Made by a program: the position numbers and the translations under genes. The notes below the pieces were generated by a model. It was not told the origin of the DNA. It ran no database searches and saw only the letters and a list, made by a program, of their open reading frames with translations. From Auanema rhodensis (lineage: Eukaryota > Animalia > Nematoda), in contig OZ059898.1 in the NCBI GenBank assembly GCA_964057225.1, positions 19,282,001 through 19,346,000 on the forward strand: a stretch of DNA of 64,000 nucleotides. Reading direction: 5' to 3'. Positions 40,201 to 54,757 of this stretch are shown in pieces. The stretch's first letter is position 1; each line of letters begins with the position of its first letter.

Positions 40201-43174
40201 ATTCGATGCGGATTTTTAAGCTGCGTCGATCTGTGTTATCAGATTTGCGCTAGCTTGAAAATGCACCGAGATATCAACTGATATAAGTTCACACTTATAT
40301 CCTCGATTTTCACCCTGAAGAATTATTTTTTTCGTTGAATAACATTGTCCATCGTCTTTGCCTTGAAAAAAGGAATCTAAAAACATCTACTTTTTGCTAA
40401 ATTATTTTGAAATTTTTCGAAAAAATTTTTGTCAAAATGTTTTTGGAAGCAATGTTGAGTGAACATGGAAACTCAACATACACTAATGCATCATTTTTCG
40501 AACAATCATAACTAATTTTTGTATTAAGCGTTTCTCAATGTAGTATAGTGCATTTGATGCGGATTTTTAAGCTGCGTCGATCTGTGTTATCAGATTTGCG
40601 CTAGCTTAAAAATGCACCGAGATATCAACTGATATAAGTTCACACTTATATCCTCGATTTTCACCCTGAAGAATTAATTTTTTCGTTGAATAACATTGTC
40701 CATCGTCTTTGCCTTGAAAAAAAGGAATCTAAAAACATCTACTTTTTGCTAAATTATTTTGAAATTTTTCGAAAACATTTTTGTCAAAATGTTTTTGGAA
40801 GCAATGTTGAGTGAACATGGAAACTCAACATACACTAATGCATCATTTTTCAAACGATCATAACTAATTTTTGTATTAAGCTTTTCTCAATGTAGTATAG
40901 TGCATTCGATGCGGATTTTTAAGCTGCGTCGATCTGTGTTATCAGATTTGCGCTAGCTTGAAAATGCACCGAGATATCAACTGATATAAGTTCACACTTA
41001 TATCCTCGATTTTCACCCTGAAGAATTATTTTTTTCGTTGAATAACATTGTCCATCGTCTTTGCCTTGAAAAAAGGAATCTAAAAACATCTACTTTTTGC
41101 TAAATTATTTTGAAATTTTTCGAAAAAATTTTTGTCAAAATGTTTTTGGAAGCAATGTTGAGTGAACATGGAAACTCAACATACACTAATGCATCATTTT
41201 TCGAACAATCATAACTAATTTTTGTATTAAGCGTTTCTCAATGTAGTATAGTGCATTTGATGCGGATTTTTAAGCTGCGTCGATCTGTGTTATCAGATTT
41301 GCGCTAGCTTAAAAATGCACCGAGATATCAACTGATATAAGTTCACACTTATATCCTCGATTTTCACCCTGAAGAATTAATTTTTTCGTTGAATAACATT
41401 GTCCATCGTCTTTGCCTTGAAAAAAGGAATCTAAAAACATCTACTTTTTGCTAAATTATTTTGAAATTTTTCGAAAAAATTTTTGTCAAAATGTTTTTGG
41501 AAGCAATGTTGAGTGTACATGGAAACTCAACATACACTAATGCATCATTTTTCAAACGATCATAACTAATTTTTGTATTAAGCGTTTCTCAATGTAGTAT
41601 AGTGCATTCGATGCGGATTTTTAAGCTGCGTCGATCTGTGTTATCAGATTTGCGCTAGCTTAAAAATGCACCGAGATATCAACTGATATAAGTTCACACT
41701 TATATCCTCGATATTCACCCTGAAGAATTAATTTTTTTGTTGAATAACATTGTCCATCGTCTTTGCCTTGAAAAAAGGAATCTAAAAACATCTACTTTTT
41801 GCTAAATTATTTTGAAATTTTTCGAAAAAATTTTTGTCAAAATGTTTTTGGAAGCAATGTTGAGTGAACATGGAAACTCAACATACACTAATGCATCATT
41901 TTTCAAACGATCATAACTAATTTTTGTATTAAGCGTTTCTCAATGTAGTATAGTGCATTCGATGCGGATTTTTAAGCTGCGTCGATCTGTGTTATCAGAT
42001 TTGCGCTAGCTTAAAAATGCACCGAGATATCAACTGATATAAGTTCACACTTATATCCTCGATTTTCACCCTGAAGAATTAATTTTTTCGTTGAATAACA
42101 TTGTCCATCGTCTTTGCCTTGAAAAAAGGAATCTAAAAACATCTACTTTTTGCTAAATTATTTTGAAATTTTTCGAAAAAATTTTTGTCAAAATGTTTTT
42201 GGAAGCAATGTTGAGTGAACATGGAAACTCAACATACACTAATGCATCATTTTTCGAACAATCATAACTAATTTTTGTATTGAGCGTTTCTCAATGTAGT
42301 ATAGTGCATTTGATGCGGATTTTTAAGCTGCGTCGATCTGTGTTATCAGATTTGCGCTAGCTTAAAAATGCACCGAGATATCAACTGATATAAGTTCACA
42401 CTTATATCCTCGATTTTCACCCTGAAGAATTAATTTTTTTGTTGAATAACATTGTCCATCGTCTTTGCCTTGAAAAAAGGAATCTAAAAACATCTACTTT
42501 TTGCTAAATTATTTTGAAATTTTTCTAAAAAATTTTTGTCAAAATGTTTTTGGAAGCAATGTTGAGTGAACATGGAAACTCAACATACACTAATGCATCA
42601 TTTTTCGAACAATCATAACTAATTTTTGTATTAAGCGTTTCTCAATGTAGTATAGTGCATTTGATGCGGATTTTTAAGCTGCGTCGATCTGTGTTATCAG
42701 ATTTGCGCTAGCTTAAAAATGCACCGAGATATCAACTGATATAAGTTCACACTTATATCCTCGATTTTCACCCTGAAGAATTATTTTTTTCGTTGAATAA
42801 CATTGTCCATCGTCTTTGCCTTGAAAAAAGGAATCTAAAAACATCTACTTTTTGCTAAATTATTTTGAAATTTTTCGAAAAAATTTTTGTCAAAATGTTT
42901 TTGGAAGCAATGTTGAGTGAACATGGAAACTCAACATACACTAATGCATCATTTTTCAAACGATCATAACTAATTTTTGTATTAAGCGTTTCTCAATGTA
43001 GTATAGTGCATTCGATGCGGATTTTTAAGCTGCGTCGATCTGTGTTATCAGATTTGCGCTAGCTTAAAAATGCACCGAGATATCAACTGATATAAGTTCA
43101 CACTTATATCCTCGATTTTCACCCTGAAGAATTAATTTTTTCGTTGAATAACATTGTCCATCGTCTTTGCCTTG

Positions 43175-44578
43175 AAAAAAGGAATCTAAAAACATCTACT
43201 TTTTGCTAAATTATTTTGAAATTTTTCGAAAAAATTTTTGTCAAAATGTTTTTGGAAGCAATGTTGAGTGAACATGGAAACTCAACATACACTAATGCAT
43301 CATTTTTCAAACGATCATAACTAATTTTTGTATTAAGCGTTTCTCAATGTAGTATAGTGCATTTGATGCGGATTTTTAAGCTGCGTCGATCTGTGTTATC
43401 AGATTTGCGCTAGCTTAAAAATGCACCGAGATATCAACTGATATAAGTTCACACTTATATCCTCGATTTTCACCCTGAAGAATTAATTTTTTTGTTGAAT
43501 AACATTGTCCATCGTCTTTGCCTTGAAAAAAGGAATCTAAAAACATCTACTTTTTGCTAAATTATTTTGAAATTTTTCTAAAAAATTTTTGTCAAAATGT
43601 TTTTGGAAGCAATGTTGAGTGAACATGGAAACTCAACATACACTAATGCATCATTTTTCGAACAATCATAACTAATTTTTGTATTAAGCGTTTCTCAATG
43701 TAGTATAGTGCATTTGATGCGGATTTTTAAGCTGCGTCGATCTGTGTTATCAGATTTGCGCTAGCTTAAAAATGCACCGAGATATCAACTGATATAAGTT
43801 CACACTTATATCCTCGATTTTCACCCTGAAGAATTATTTTTTTCGTTGAATAACATTGTCCATCGTCTTTGCCTTGAAAAAAGGAATCTAAAAACATCTA
43901 CTTTTTGCTAAATTATTTTGAAATTTTTCGAAAAAATTTTTGTCAAAATGTTTTTGGAAGCAATGTTGAGTGAACATGGAAACTCAACATACACTAATGC
44001 ATCATTTTTCAAACGATCATAACTAATTTTTGTATTAAGCGTTTCTCAATGTAGTATAGTGCATTTGATGCGGATTTTTAAGCTGCGTCGATCTGTGTTA
44101 TCAGATTTGCGCTAGCTTAAAAATGCACCGAGATATCAACTGATATAAGTTCACACTTATATCCTCGATTTTCACCCTGAAGAATTAATTTTTTTGTTGA
44201 ATAACATTGTCCATCGTCTTTGCCTTGAAAAAAGGAATCTAAAAACATCTACTTTTTGCTAAATTATTTTGAAATTTTTCTAAAAAATTTTTGTCAAAAT
44301 GTTTTTGGAAGCAATGTTGAGTGAACATGGAAACTCAACATACACTAATGCATCATTTTTCGAACAATCATAACTAATTTTTGTATTAAGCGTTTCTCAA
44401 TGTAGTATAGTGCATTTGATGCGGATTTTTAAGCTGCGTCGATCTGTGTTATCAGATTTGCGCTAGCTTAAAAATGCACCGAGATATCAACTGATATAAG
44501 TTCACACTTATATCCTCGATTTTCACCCTGAAGAATTATTTTTTTCGTTGAATAACATTGTCCATCGTCTTTGCCTTG
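43175..44578 (+). repeat. Local dimer (702 bp) x2: M124-125 = M126-127
   Basis: An A97-X/319T monomer alternates with a 54T (TTTTCTAAAA) Y/312T monomer. Confidence 0.75.
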
Positions 44579-45631
44579 AAAAAAGGAATCTAAAAACATC
44601 TACTTTTTGCTAAATTATTTTGAAATTTTTCGAAAAAATTTTTGTCAAAATGTTTTTGGAAGCAATGTTGAGTGTACATGGAAACTCAACATACACTAAT
44701 GCATCATTTTTCAAACGATCATAACTGATTTTTGTATTAAGCGTTTCTCAATGTAGTATAGTGCATTCGATGCGGATTTTTAAGCTGCGTCGATCTGTGT
44801 TATCAGATTTGCGCTAGCTTAAAAATGCACCGAGATATCAACTGATATAAGTTCACACTTATATCCTCGATTTTCACCCTGAAGAATTAATTTTTTCGTT
44901 GAATAACATTGTCCATCGTCTTTGCCTTGAAAAAAGGAATCTAAAAACATCTACTTTTTGCTAAATTATTTTGAAATTTTTCGAAAAAATTTTTGTCAAA
45001 ATGTTTTTGGAAGCAATGTTGAGTGAACATGGAAACTCAACATACACTAATGCATCATTTTTCGAACAATCATAACTAATTTTTGTATTAAGCGTTTCTC
45101 AATGTAGTATAGTGCATTTGATGCGGATTTTTAAGCTGCGTCGATCTGTGTTATCAGATTTGCGCTAGCTTAAAAATGCACCGAGATATCAACTGATATA
45201 AGTTCACACTTATATCCTCGATTTTCACCCTGAAGAATTAATTTTTTTGTTGAATAACATTGTCCATCGTCTTTGCCTTGAAAAAAGGAATCTAAAAACA
45301 TCTACTTTTTGCTAAATTATTTTGAAATTTTTCTAAAAGATTTTTGTCAAAATGTTTTTGGAAGCAATGTTGAGTGAACATGGAAACTCAACATACACTA
45401 ATGCATCATTTTTCGAACAATCATAACTAATTTTTGTATTAAGCGTTTCTCAATGTAGTATAGTGCATTTGATGCGGATTTTTAAGCTGCGTCGATCTGT
45501 GTTATCAGATTTGCGCTAGCTTAAAAATGCACCGAGATATCAACTGATATAAGTTCACACTTATATCCTCGATTTTCACCCTGAAGAATTAATTTTTTCG
45601 TTGAATAACATTGTCCATCGTCTTTGCCTTG

Positions 45632-48600
45632 AAAAAAGGAATCTAAAAACATCTACTTTTTGCTAAATTATTCTGAAATTTTTCGAAAAAATTTTTGTCA
45701 AAATGTTTTTGGAAGCAATGTTGAGTGAACATGGAAACTCAACATACACTAATGCATCATTTTTCGAACAATCATAACTAATTTTTGTATTAAGCGTTTC
45801 TCAATGTAGTATAGTGCATTTGATGCGGATTTTTAAGCTGCGTCGATCTGTGTTATCAGATTTGTGCTAGCTTAAAAATGCACCGAGATATCAACTGATA
45901 TAAGTTCACACTTATATCCTCGATTTTCACCCTGAAGAATTAATTTTTTTGTTGAATAACATTGTCCATCGTCTTTGCCTTGAAAAAAGGAATCTAAAAA
46001 CATCTACTTTTTGCTAAATTATTTTGAAATTTTTCGAAAAAATTTTTGTCAAAATGTTTTTGGAAGCAATGTTGAGTGAACATGGAAACTCAACATACAC
46101 TAATGCATCATTTTTCAAACGATCATAACTAATTTTTGTATTAAGCGTTTCTCAATGTAGTATAGTGCATTCGATGCGGATTTTTAAGCTGCGTCGATCT
46201 GTGTTATCAGATTTGCGCTAGCTTAAAAATGCACCGAGATATCAACTGATATAAGTTCACACTTATATCCTCGATTTTCACCCTGAAGAATTAATTTTTT
46301 CGTTGAATAACATTGTCCATCGTCTTTGCCTTGAAAAAAGGAATCTAAAAACATCTACTTTTTGCTAAATTATTTTGAAATTTTTCGAAAAAATTTTTGT
46401 CAAAATGTTTTTGGAAGCAATGTTGAGTGTACATGGAAACTCAACATACACTAATGCATCATTTTTCAAACGATCATAACTAATTTTTGTATTAAGCGTT
46501 TCTCAATGTAGTATAGTGCATTCGATGCGGATTTTTAAGCTGCGTCGATCTGTGTTATCAGATTTGCGCTAGCTTAAAAATGCACCGAGATATCAACTGA
46601 TATAAGTTCACACTTATATGCTCGATTTTCACCCTGAAGAATTATTTTTTTCGTTGAATAACATTGTCCATCGTCTTTGCCTTGAAAAAAGGAATCTAAA
46701 AACATCTACTTTTTGCTAAATTATTTTGAAATTTTTCGAAAAAATTTTTGTCAAAATGTTTTTGGAAGCAATGTTGAGTGAACATGGAAACTCAACATAC
46801 ACTAATGCATCATTTTTCGAACAATCATAACTAATTTTTGTATTAAGCGTTTCTCAATGTAGTATAGTGCATTTGATGCGGATTTTTAAGCTGCGTCGAT
46901 CTGTGTTATCAGATTTGCGCTAGCTTAAAAATGCACCGAGATATCAACTGATATAAGTTCACACTTATATCCTCGATTTTCACCCTGAAGAATTAATTTT
47001 TTCGTTGAATAACATTGTCCATCGTCTTTGCCTTGAAAAAAGGAATCTAAAAACATCTACTTTTTGCTAAATTATTTTGAAATTTTTCGAAAAAAGTTTT
47101 GTCAAAATGTTTTTGGAAGCAATGTTGAGTGAACATGGAAACTCAACATACACTAATGCATCATTTTTCGAACAATCATAACTAATTTTTGTATTAAGCG
47201 TTTCTCAATGTAGTATAGTGCATTTGATGCGGATTTTTAAGCTGCGTCGATCTGTGTTATCAGATTTGCGCTAGCTTAAAAATGCACCGAGATATCAACT
47301 GATATAAGTTCACACTTATATCCTCGATTTTCACCCTGAAGAATTAATTTTTTTGTTGAATAACATTGTCCATCGTCTTTGCCTTGAAAAAAGGAATCTA
47401 AAAACATCTACTTTTTGCTAAATTATTTTGAAATTTTTCGAAAAAATTTTTGTCAAAATGTTTTTGGAAGCAATGTTGAGTGAACATGGAAACTCAACAT
47501 ACACTAATGCATCATTTTTCAAACGATCATAACTAATTTTTGTATTAAGCGTTTCTCAATGTAGTATAGTGCATTCGATGCGGATTTTTAAGCTGCGTCG
47601 ATCTATGTTATCAGATTTGCGCTAGCTTAAAAATGCACCGAGATATCAACTGATATAAGTTCACACTTATATCCTCGATTTTCACCCTGAAGAATTAATT
47701 TTTTCGTTGAATAACATTGTCCATCGTCTTTGCCTTGAAAAAAGGAATCTAAAAACATCTACTTTTTGCTAAATTTTTTTGAAATTTTTCGAAAAAATTT
47801 TTGTCAAAATGTTTTTGGAAGCAATGTTGAGTGTACATGGAAACTCAACATACACTAATGCATCATTTTTCAAACGATCATAACTAATTTTTGTATTAGG
47901 CGTTTCTCAATGTAGTATAGTGCATTCGATGCGGATTTTTAAGCTGCGTCGATCTGTGTTATCAGATTTGCGCTAGCTTAAAAATGCACCGAGATATCAA
48001 CTGATATAAGTTCACACTTATATCCTCGATTTTCACCCTGAAGAATTATTTTTTTCGTTGAATAACATTGTCCATCGTCTTTGCCTTGAAAAAAGGAATC
48101 TAAAAACATCTACTTTTTGCTAAATTATTTTGAAATTTTTCGAAAAAATTATTGTCAAAATGTTTTTGGAAGCAATGTTGAGTGAACATGGAAACTCAAC
48201 ATACACTAATGCATCATTTTTCGAACAATCATAACTAATTTTTGTATTAAGCGTTTCTCAATGTAGTATAGTGCATTTGATGCGGATTTTTAAGCTGCGT
48301 CGATCTGTGTTATCAGATTTGCGCTAGCTTAAAAATGCACCGAGATATCAACTGATATAAGTTCACACTTATATCCTCGATTTTCACCCTGAAGAATTAA
48401 TTTTTTCGTTGAATAACATTGTCCATCGTCTTTGCCTTGAAAAAAGGAATCTAAAAACATCTACTTTTTGCTAAATTATTTTGAAATTTTTCGAAAAAAT
48501 TTTTGTCAAAATGTTTTTGGAAGCAATGTTGAGTGAACATGGAAACTCAACATACACTAATGCATCATTTTTCGAACAATCATAACTAATTTTGGTATTA

Positions 48601-51600
48601 AGCGTTTCTCAATGTAGTATAGTGCATTTGATGCGGATTTTTAAGCTGCGTCGATCTGTGTTATCAGATTTGCGCTAACTTAAAAATGCACCGAGATATC
48701 AACTGATATAAGTTCACACTTATATCCTCGATTTTCACCCTGAAGAATTAATTTTTTTGTTGAATAACATTGTCCATCGTCTTCGCCTTGAAAAAAGGAA
48801 TCTAAAAACATCTACTTTTTGCTAAATTATTTTGAAATTTTTCGAAAAAATTTTTGTCAAAATGTTTTTGGAAGCAATGTTGAGTGAACATGGAAACTCA
48901 ACATACACTAATGCATCATTTTTCGAACAATCATAACTAATTTTTGTATTAAGCGTTTCTCAATGTAGTATAGTGCATTTGATGCGGATTTTTAAGCTGC
49001 GTCGATCTGTGTTATCAGATTTGCGCTAGCTTAAAAATGCACCGAGATATCAACTGATATAAGTTCACACTTATATCCTCGATTTTCACCCTGAAGAATT
49101 AATTTTTTCGTTGAATAACATTGTCCATCGTCTTTGCCTTGAAAAAAGGAATCTAAAAACATCTACTTTTTGCTAAATTATTTTGAAATTTTTCGAAAAA
49201 ATTTTTGTCAAAATGTTTTTGGAAGCAATGTTGAGTGAACATGGAAACTCAACATACACTAATGCATCATTTTTCGAACAATCATAACTAATTTTTGTAT
49301 TAAGCGTTTCTCAATGTAGTATAGTGCATTTGATGCGGATTTTTAAGCTGCGTCGATCTGTGTTATCAGATTTGTGCTAGCTTAAAAATGCACCTAGATA
49401 TCAACTGATATAAGTTCACACTTATATCCTCGATTTTCACCCTGAAGAATTAATTTTTTTGTTGAATAACATTGTCCATCGTCTTTGCCTTGAAAAAAGG
49501 AATCTAAAAACATCTACTTTTTGCTAAATTATTTTGAAATTTTTCGAAAAAATTTTTGTCAAAATGTTTTTGGAAGCAATGTTGAGTGAACATGGAAACT
49601 CAACATACACTAATGCATCATTTTTCAAACGATCATAACTAATTTTTGTATTAAGCGTTTCTCAATGTAGTATAGTGCATTCGATGCGGATTTTTAAGCT
49701 GCGTCGATCTGTGTTATCAGATTTGCGCTAGCTTAAAAATGCACCGAGATATCAACTGATATAAGTTCACACTTATATCCTCGATTTTCACCCTGAAGAA
49801 TTAATTTTTTCGTTGAATAACATTGTCCATCGTCTTTGCCTTGAAAAAAGGAATCTAAAAACATCTACTTTTTGCTAAATTATTTTGAAATTTTTCGAAA
49901 AAATTTTTGTCAAAATGTTTTTGGAAGCAATGTTGAGTGTACATGGAAACTCAACATACACTAATGCATCATTTTTCAAACGATCATAACTAATTTTTGT
50001 ATTAAGCGTTTCTCAATGTAGTATAGTGCATTCGATGCGGATTTTTAAGCTGCGTCGATCTGTGTTATCAGATTTGCGCTAGCTTAAAAATGCACCGAGA
50101 TATCAACTGATATAAGTTCACACTTATATGCTCGATTTTCACCCTGAAGAATTATTTTTTTCGTTGAATAACATTGTCCATCGTCTTTGCCTTGAAAAAA
50201 GGAATCTAAAAACATCTACTTTTTGCTAAATTATTTTGAAATTTTTCGAAAAAATTTTTGTCAAAATGTTTTTGGAAGCAATGTTGAGTGAACATGGAAA
50301 CTCAACATACACTAATGCATCATTTTTCGAACAATCATAACTAATTTTTGTATTAAGCGTTTCTCAATGTAGTATAGTGCATTTGATGCGGATTTTTAAG
50401 CTGCGTCGATCTGTGTTATCAGATTTGCGCTAGCTTAAAAATGCACCGAGATATCAACTGATATAAGTTCACACTTATATCCTCGATTTTCACCCTGAAG
50501 AATTAATTTTTTCGTTGAATAACATTGTCCATCGTCTTTGCCTTGAAAAAAGGAATCTAAAAACATCTACTTTTTGCTAAATTATTTTGAAATTTTTCGA
50601 AAAAAGTTTTGTCAAAATGTTTTTGGAAGCAATGTTGAGTGAACATGGAAACTCAACATACACTAATGCATCATTTTTCGAACAATCATAACTAATTTTT
50701 GTATTAAGCGTTTCTCAATGTAGTATAGTGCATTTGATGCGGATTTTTAAGCTGCGTCGATCTGTGTTATCAGATTTGCGCTAGCTTAAAAATGCACCGA
50801 GATATCAACTGATATAAGTTCACACTTATATCCTCGATTTTCACCCTGAAGAATTAATTTTTTTGTTGAATAACATTGTCCATCGTCTTTGCCTTGAAAA
50901 AAGGAATCTAAAAACATCTACTTTTTGCTAAATTATTTTGAAATTTTTCGAAAAAATTTTTGTCAAAATGTTTTTGGAAGCAATGTTGAGTGAACATGGA
51001 AACTCAACATACACTAATGCATCATTTTTCAAACGATCATAACTAATTTTTGTATTAAGCGTTTCTCAATGTAGTATAGTGCATTCGATGCGGATTTTTA
51101 AGCTGCGTCGATCTATGTTATCAGATTTGCGCTAGCTTAAAAATGCACCGAGATATCAACTGATATAAGTTCACACTTATATCCTCGATTTTCACCCTGA
51201 AGAATTAATTTTTTCGTTGAATAACATTGTCCATCGTCTTTGCCTTGAAAAAAGGAATCTAAAAACATCTACTTTTTGCTAAATTATTTTGAAATTTTTC
51301 GAAAAAATTTTTGTCAAAATGTTTTTGGAAGCAATGTTGAGTGTACATGGAAACTCAACATACACTAATGCATCATTTTTCAAACGATCATAACTAATTT
51401 TTGTATTAGGCGTTTCTCAATGTAGTATAGTGCATTCGATGCGGATTTTTAAGCTGCGTCGATCTGTGTTATCAGATTTGCGCTAGCTTAAAAATGCACC
51501 GAGATATCAACTGATATAAGTTCACACTTATATCCTCGATTTTCACCCTGAAGAATTATTTTTTTCGTTGAATAACATTGTCCATCGTCTTTGCCTTGAA

Positions 51601-54600
51601 AAAAGGAATCTAAAAACATCTACTTTTTGCTAAATTATTTTGAAATTTTTCGAAAAAATTATTGTCAAAATGTTTTTGGAAGCAATGTTGAGTGAACATG
51701 GAAACTCAACATACACTAATGCATCATTTTTCGAACAATCATAACTAATTTTTGTATTAAGCGTTTCTCAATGTAGTATAGTGCATTTGATGCGGATTTT
51801 TAAGCTGCGTCGATCTGTGTTATCAGATTTGCGCTAGCTTAAAAATGCACCGAGATATCAACTGATATAAGTTCACACTTATATCCTCGATTTTCACCCT
51901 GAAGAATTAATTTTTTCGTTGAATAACATTGTCCATCGTCTTTGCCTTGAAAAAAGGAATCTAAAAACATCTACTTTTTGCTAAATTATTTTGAAATTTT
52001 TCGAAAAAATTTTTGTCAAAATGTTTTTGGAAGCAATGTTGAGTGAACATGGAAACTCAACATACACTAATGCATCATTTTTCGAACAATCATAACTAAT
52101 TTTGGTATTAAGCGTTTCTCAATGTAGTATAGTGCATTTGATGCGGATTTTTAAGCTGCGTCGATCTGTGTTATCAGATTTGCGCTAACTTAAAAATGCA
52201 CCGAGATATCAACTGATATAAGTTCACACTTATATCCTCGATTTTCACCCTGAAGAATTAATTTTTTTGTTGAATAACATTGTCCATCGTCTTCGCCTTG
52301 AAAAAAGGAATCTAAAAACATCTACTTTTTGCTAAATTATTTTGAAATTTTTCGAAAAAATTTTTGTCAAAATGTTTTTGGAAGCAATGTTGAGTGAACA
52401 TGGAAACTCAACATACACTAATGCATCATTTTTCGAACAATCATAACTAATTTTTGTATTAAGCGTTTCTCAATGTAGTATAGTGCATTTGATGCGGATT
52501 TTTAAGCTGCGTCGATCTGTGTTATCAGATTTGCGCTAGCTTAAAAATGCACCGAGATATCAACTGATATAAGTTCACACTTATATCCTCGATTTTCACC
52601 CTGAAGAATTAATTTTTTCGTTGAATAACATTGTCCATCGTCTTTGCCTTGAAAAAAGGAATCTAAAAACATCTACTTTTTGCTAAATTATTTTGAAATT
52701 TTTCGAAAAAATTTTTGTCAAAATGTTTTTGGAAGCAATGTTGAGTGAACATGGAAACTCAACATACACTAATGCATCATTTTTCGAACAATCATAACTA
52801 ATTTTTGTATTAAGCGTTTCTCAATGTAGTATAGTGCATTTGATGCGGATTTTTAAGCTGCGTCGATCTGTGTTATCAGATTTGTGCTAGCTTAAAAATG
52901 CACCGAGATATCAACTGATATAAGTTCACACTTATATCCTCGATTTTCACCCTGAAGAATTAATTTTTTTGTTGAATAACATTGTCCATCGTCTTTGCCT
53001 TGAAAAAAGGAATCTAAAAACATCTACTTTTTGCTAAATTATTTTGAAATTTTTCGAAAAAATTTTTGTCAAAATGTTTTTGGAAGCAATGTTGAGTGAA
53101 CATGGAAACTCAACATACACTAATGCATCATTTTTCAAACGATCATAACTAATTTTTGTATTAAGCGTTTCTCAATGTAGTATAGTGCATTCGATGCGGA
53201 TTTTTAAGCTGCGTCGATCTGTGTTATCAGATTTGCGCTAGCTTAAAAATGCACCGAGATATCAACTGATATAAGTTCACACTTATATCCTCGATTTTCA
53301 CCCTGAAGAATTAATTTTTTCGTTGAATAACATTGTCCATCGTCTTTGCCTTGAAAAAAGGAATCTAAAAACATCTACTTTTTGCTAAATTATTTTGAAA
53401 TTTTTCGAAAAAATTTTTGTCAAAATGTTTTTGGAAGCAATGTTGAGTGTACATGGAAACTCAACATACACTAATGCATCATTTTTCAAACGATCATAAC
53501 TAATTTTTGTATTAAGCGTTTCTCAATGTAGTATAGTGCATTCGATGCGGATTTTTAAGCTGCGTCGATCTGTGTTATCAGATTTGCGCTAGCTTAAAAA
53601 TGCACCGAGATATCAACTGATATAAGTTCACACTTATATGCTCGATTTTCACCCTGAAGAATTATTTTTTTCGTTGAATAACATTGTCCATCGTCTTTGC
53701 CTTGAAAAAAGGAATCTAAAAACATCTACTTTTTGCTAAATTATTTTGAAATTTTTCGAAAAAATTTTTGTCAAAATGTTTTTGGAAGCAATGTTGAGTG
53801 TACATGGAAACTCAACATACACTAATGCATCATTTTTCAAACGATCATAACTAATTTTTGTATTAAGCGTTTCTCAATGTAGTATAGTGCATTCGATGCG
53901 GATTTTTAAGCTGCGTCGATCTGTGTTATCAGATTTGCGCTAGCTTAAAAATGCACCGAGATATCAACTGATATAAGTTCACACTTATATGCTCTATTTT
54001 CACCCTGAAGAATTATTTTTTTCGTTGAATAACATTGTCCATCGTCTTTGCCTTGAAAAAAGGAATCTAAAAACATCTACTTTTTGCTAAATTATTTTGA
54101 AATTTTTCGAAAAAATTTTTGTCAAAATGTTTTTGGAAGCAATGTTGAGTGAACATGGAAACTCAACATACACTAATGCATCATTTTTCGAACAATCATA
54201 ACTAATTTTTGTATTAAGCGTTTCTCAATGTAGTATAGTGCATTTGATGCGGATTTTTAAGCTGCGTCGATCTGTGTTATCAGATTTGCGCTAGCTTAAA
54301 AATGCACCGAGATATCAACTGATATAAGTTCACACTTATATCCTCGATTTTCACCCTGAAGAATTAATTTTTTCGTTGAATAACATTGTCCATCGTCTTT
54401 GCCTTGAAAAAAGGAATCTAAAAACATCTACTTTTTGCTAAATTATTTTGAAATTTTTCGAAAAAAGTTTTGTCAAAATGTTTTTGGAAGCAATGTTGAG
54501 TGAACATGGAAACTCAACATACACTAATGCATCATTTTTCGAACAATCATAACTAATTTTTGTATTAAGCGTTTCTCAATGTAGTATAGTGCATTTGATG

Positions 54601-54757
54601 CGGATTTTTAAGCTGCGTCGATCTGTGTTATCAGATTTGCGCTAGCTTAAAAATGCACCGAGATATCAACTGATATAAGTTCACACTTATATCCTCGATT
54701 TTCACCCTGAAGAATTAATTTTTTTGTTGAATAACATTGTCCATCGTCTTTGCCTTG
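45632..54757 (+). repeat. 10-monomer higher-order repeat (3510 bp), ~2.5 copies: M131-140, M141-150, partial M151-156
   Basis: Private variants recur at 3510-bp spacing: 287G (46620/50130/53640), 219A (47605/51115), 63A (48151/51661), 345C (48784/52294), plus 61G, 162G, 155G and 234T. Confidence 0.92.
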
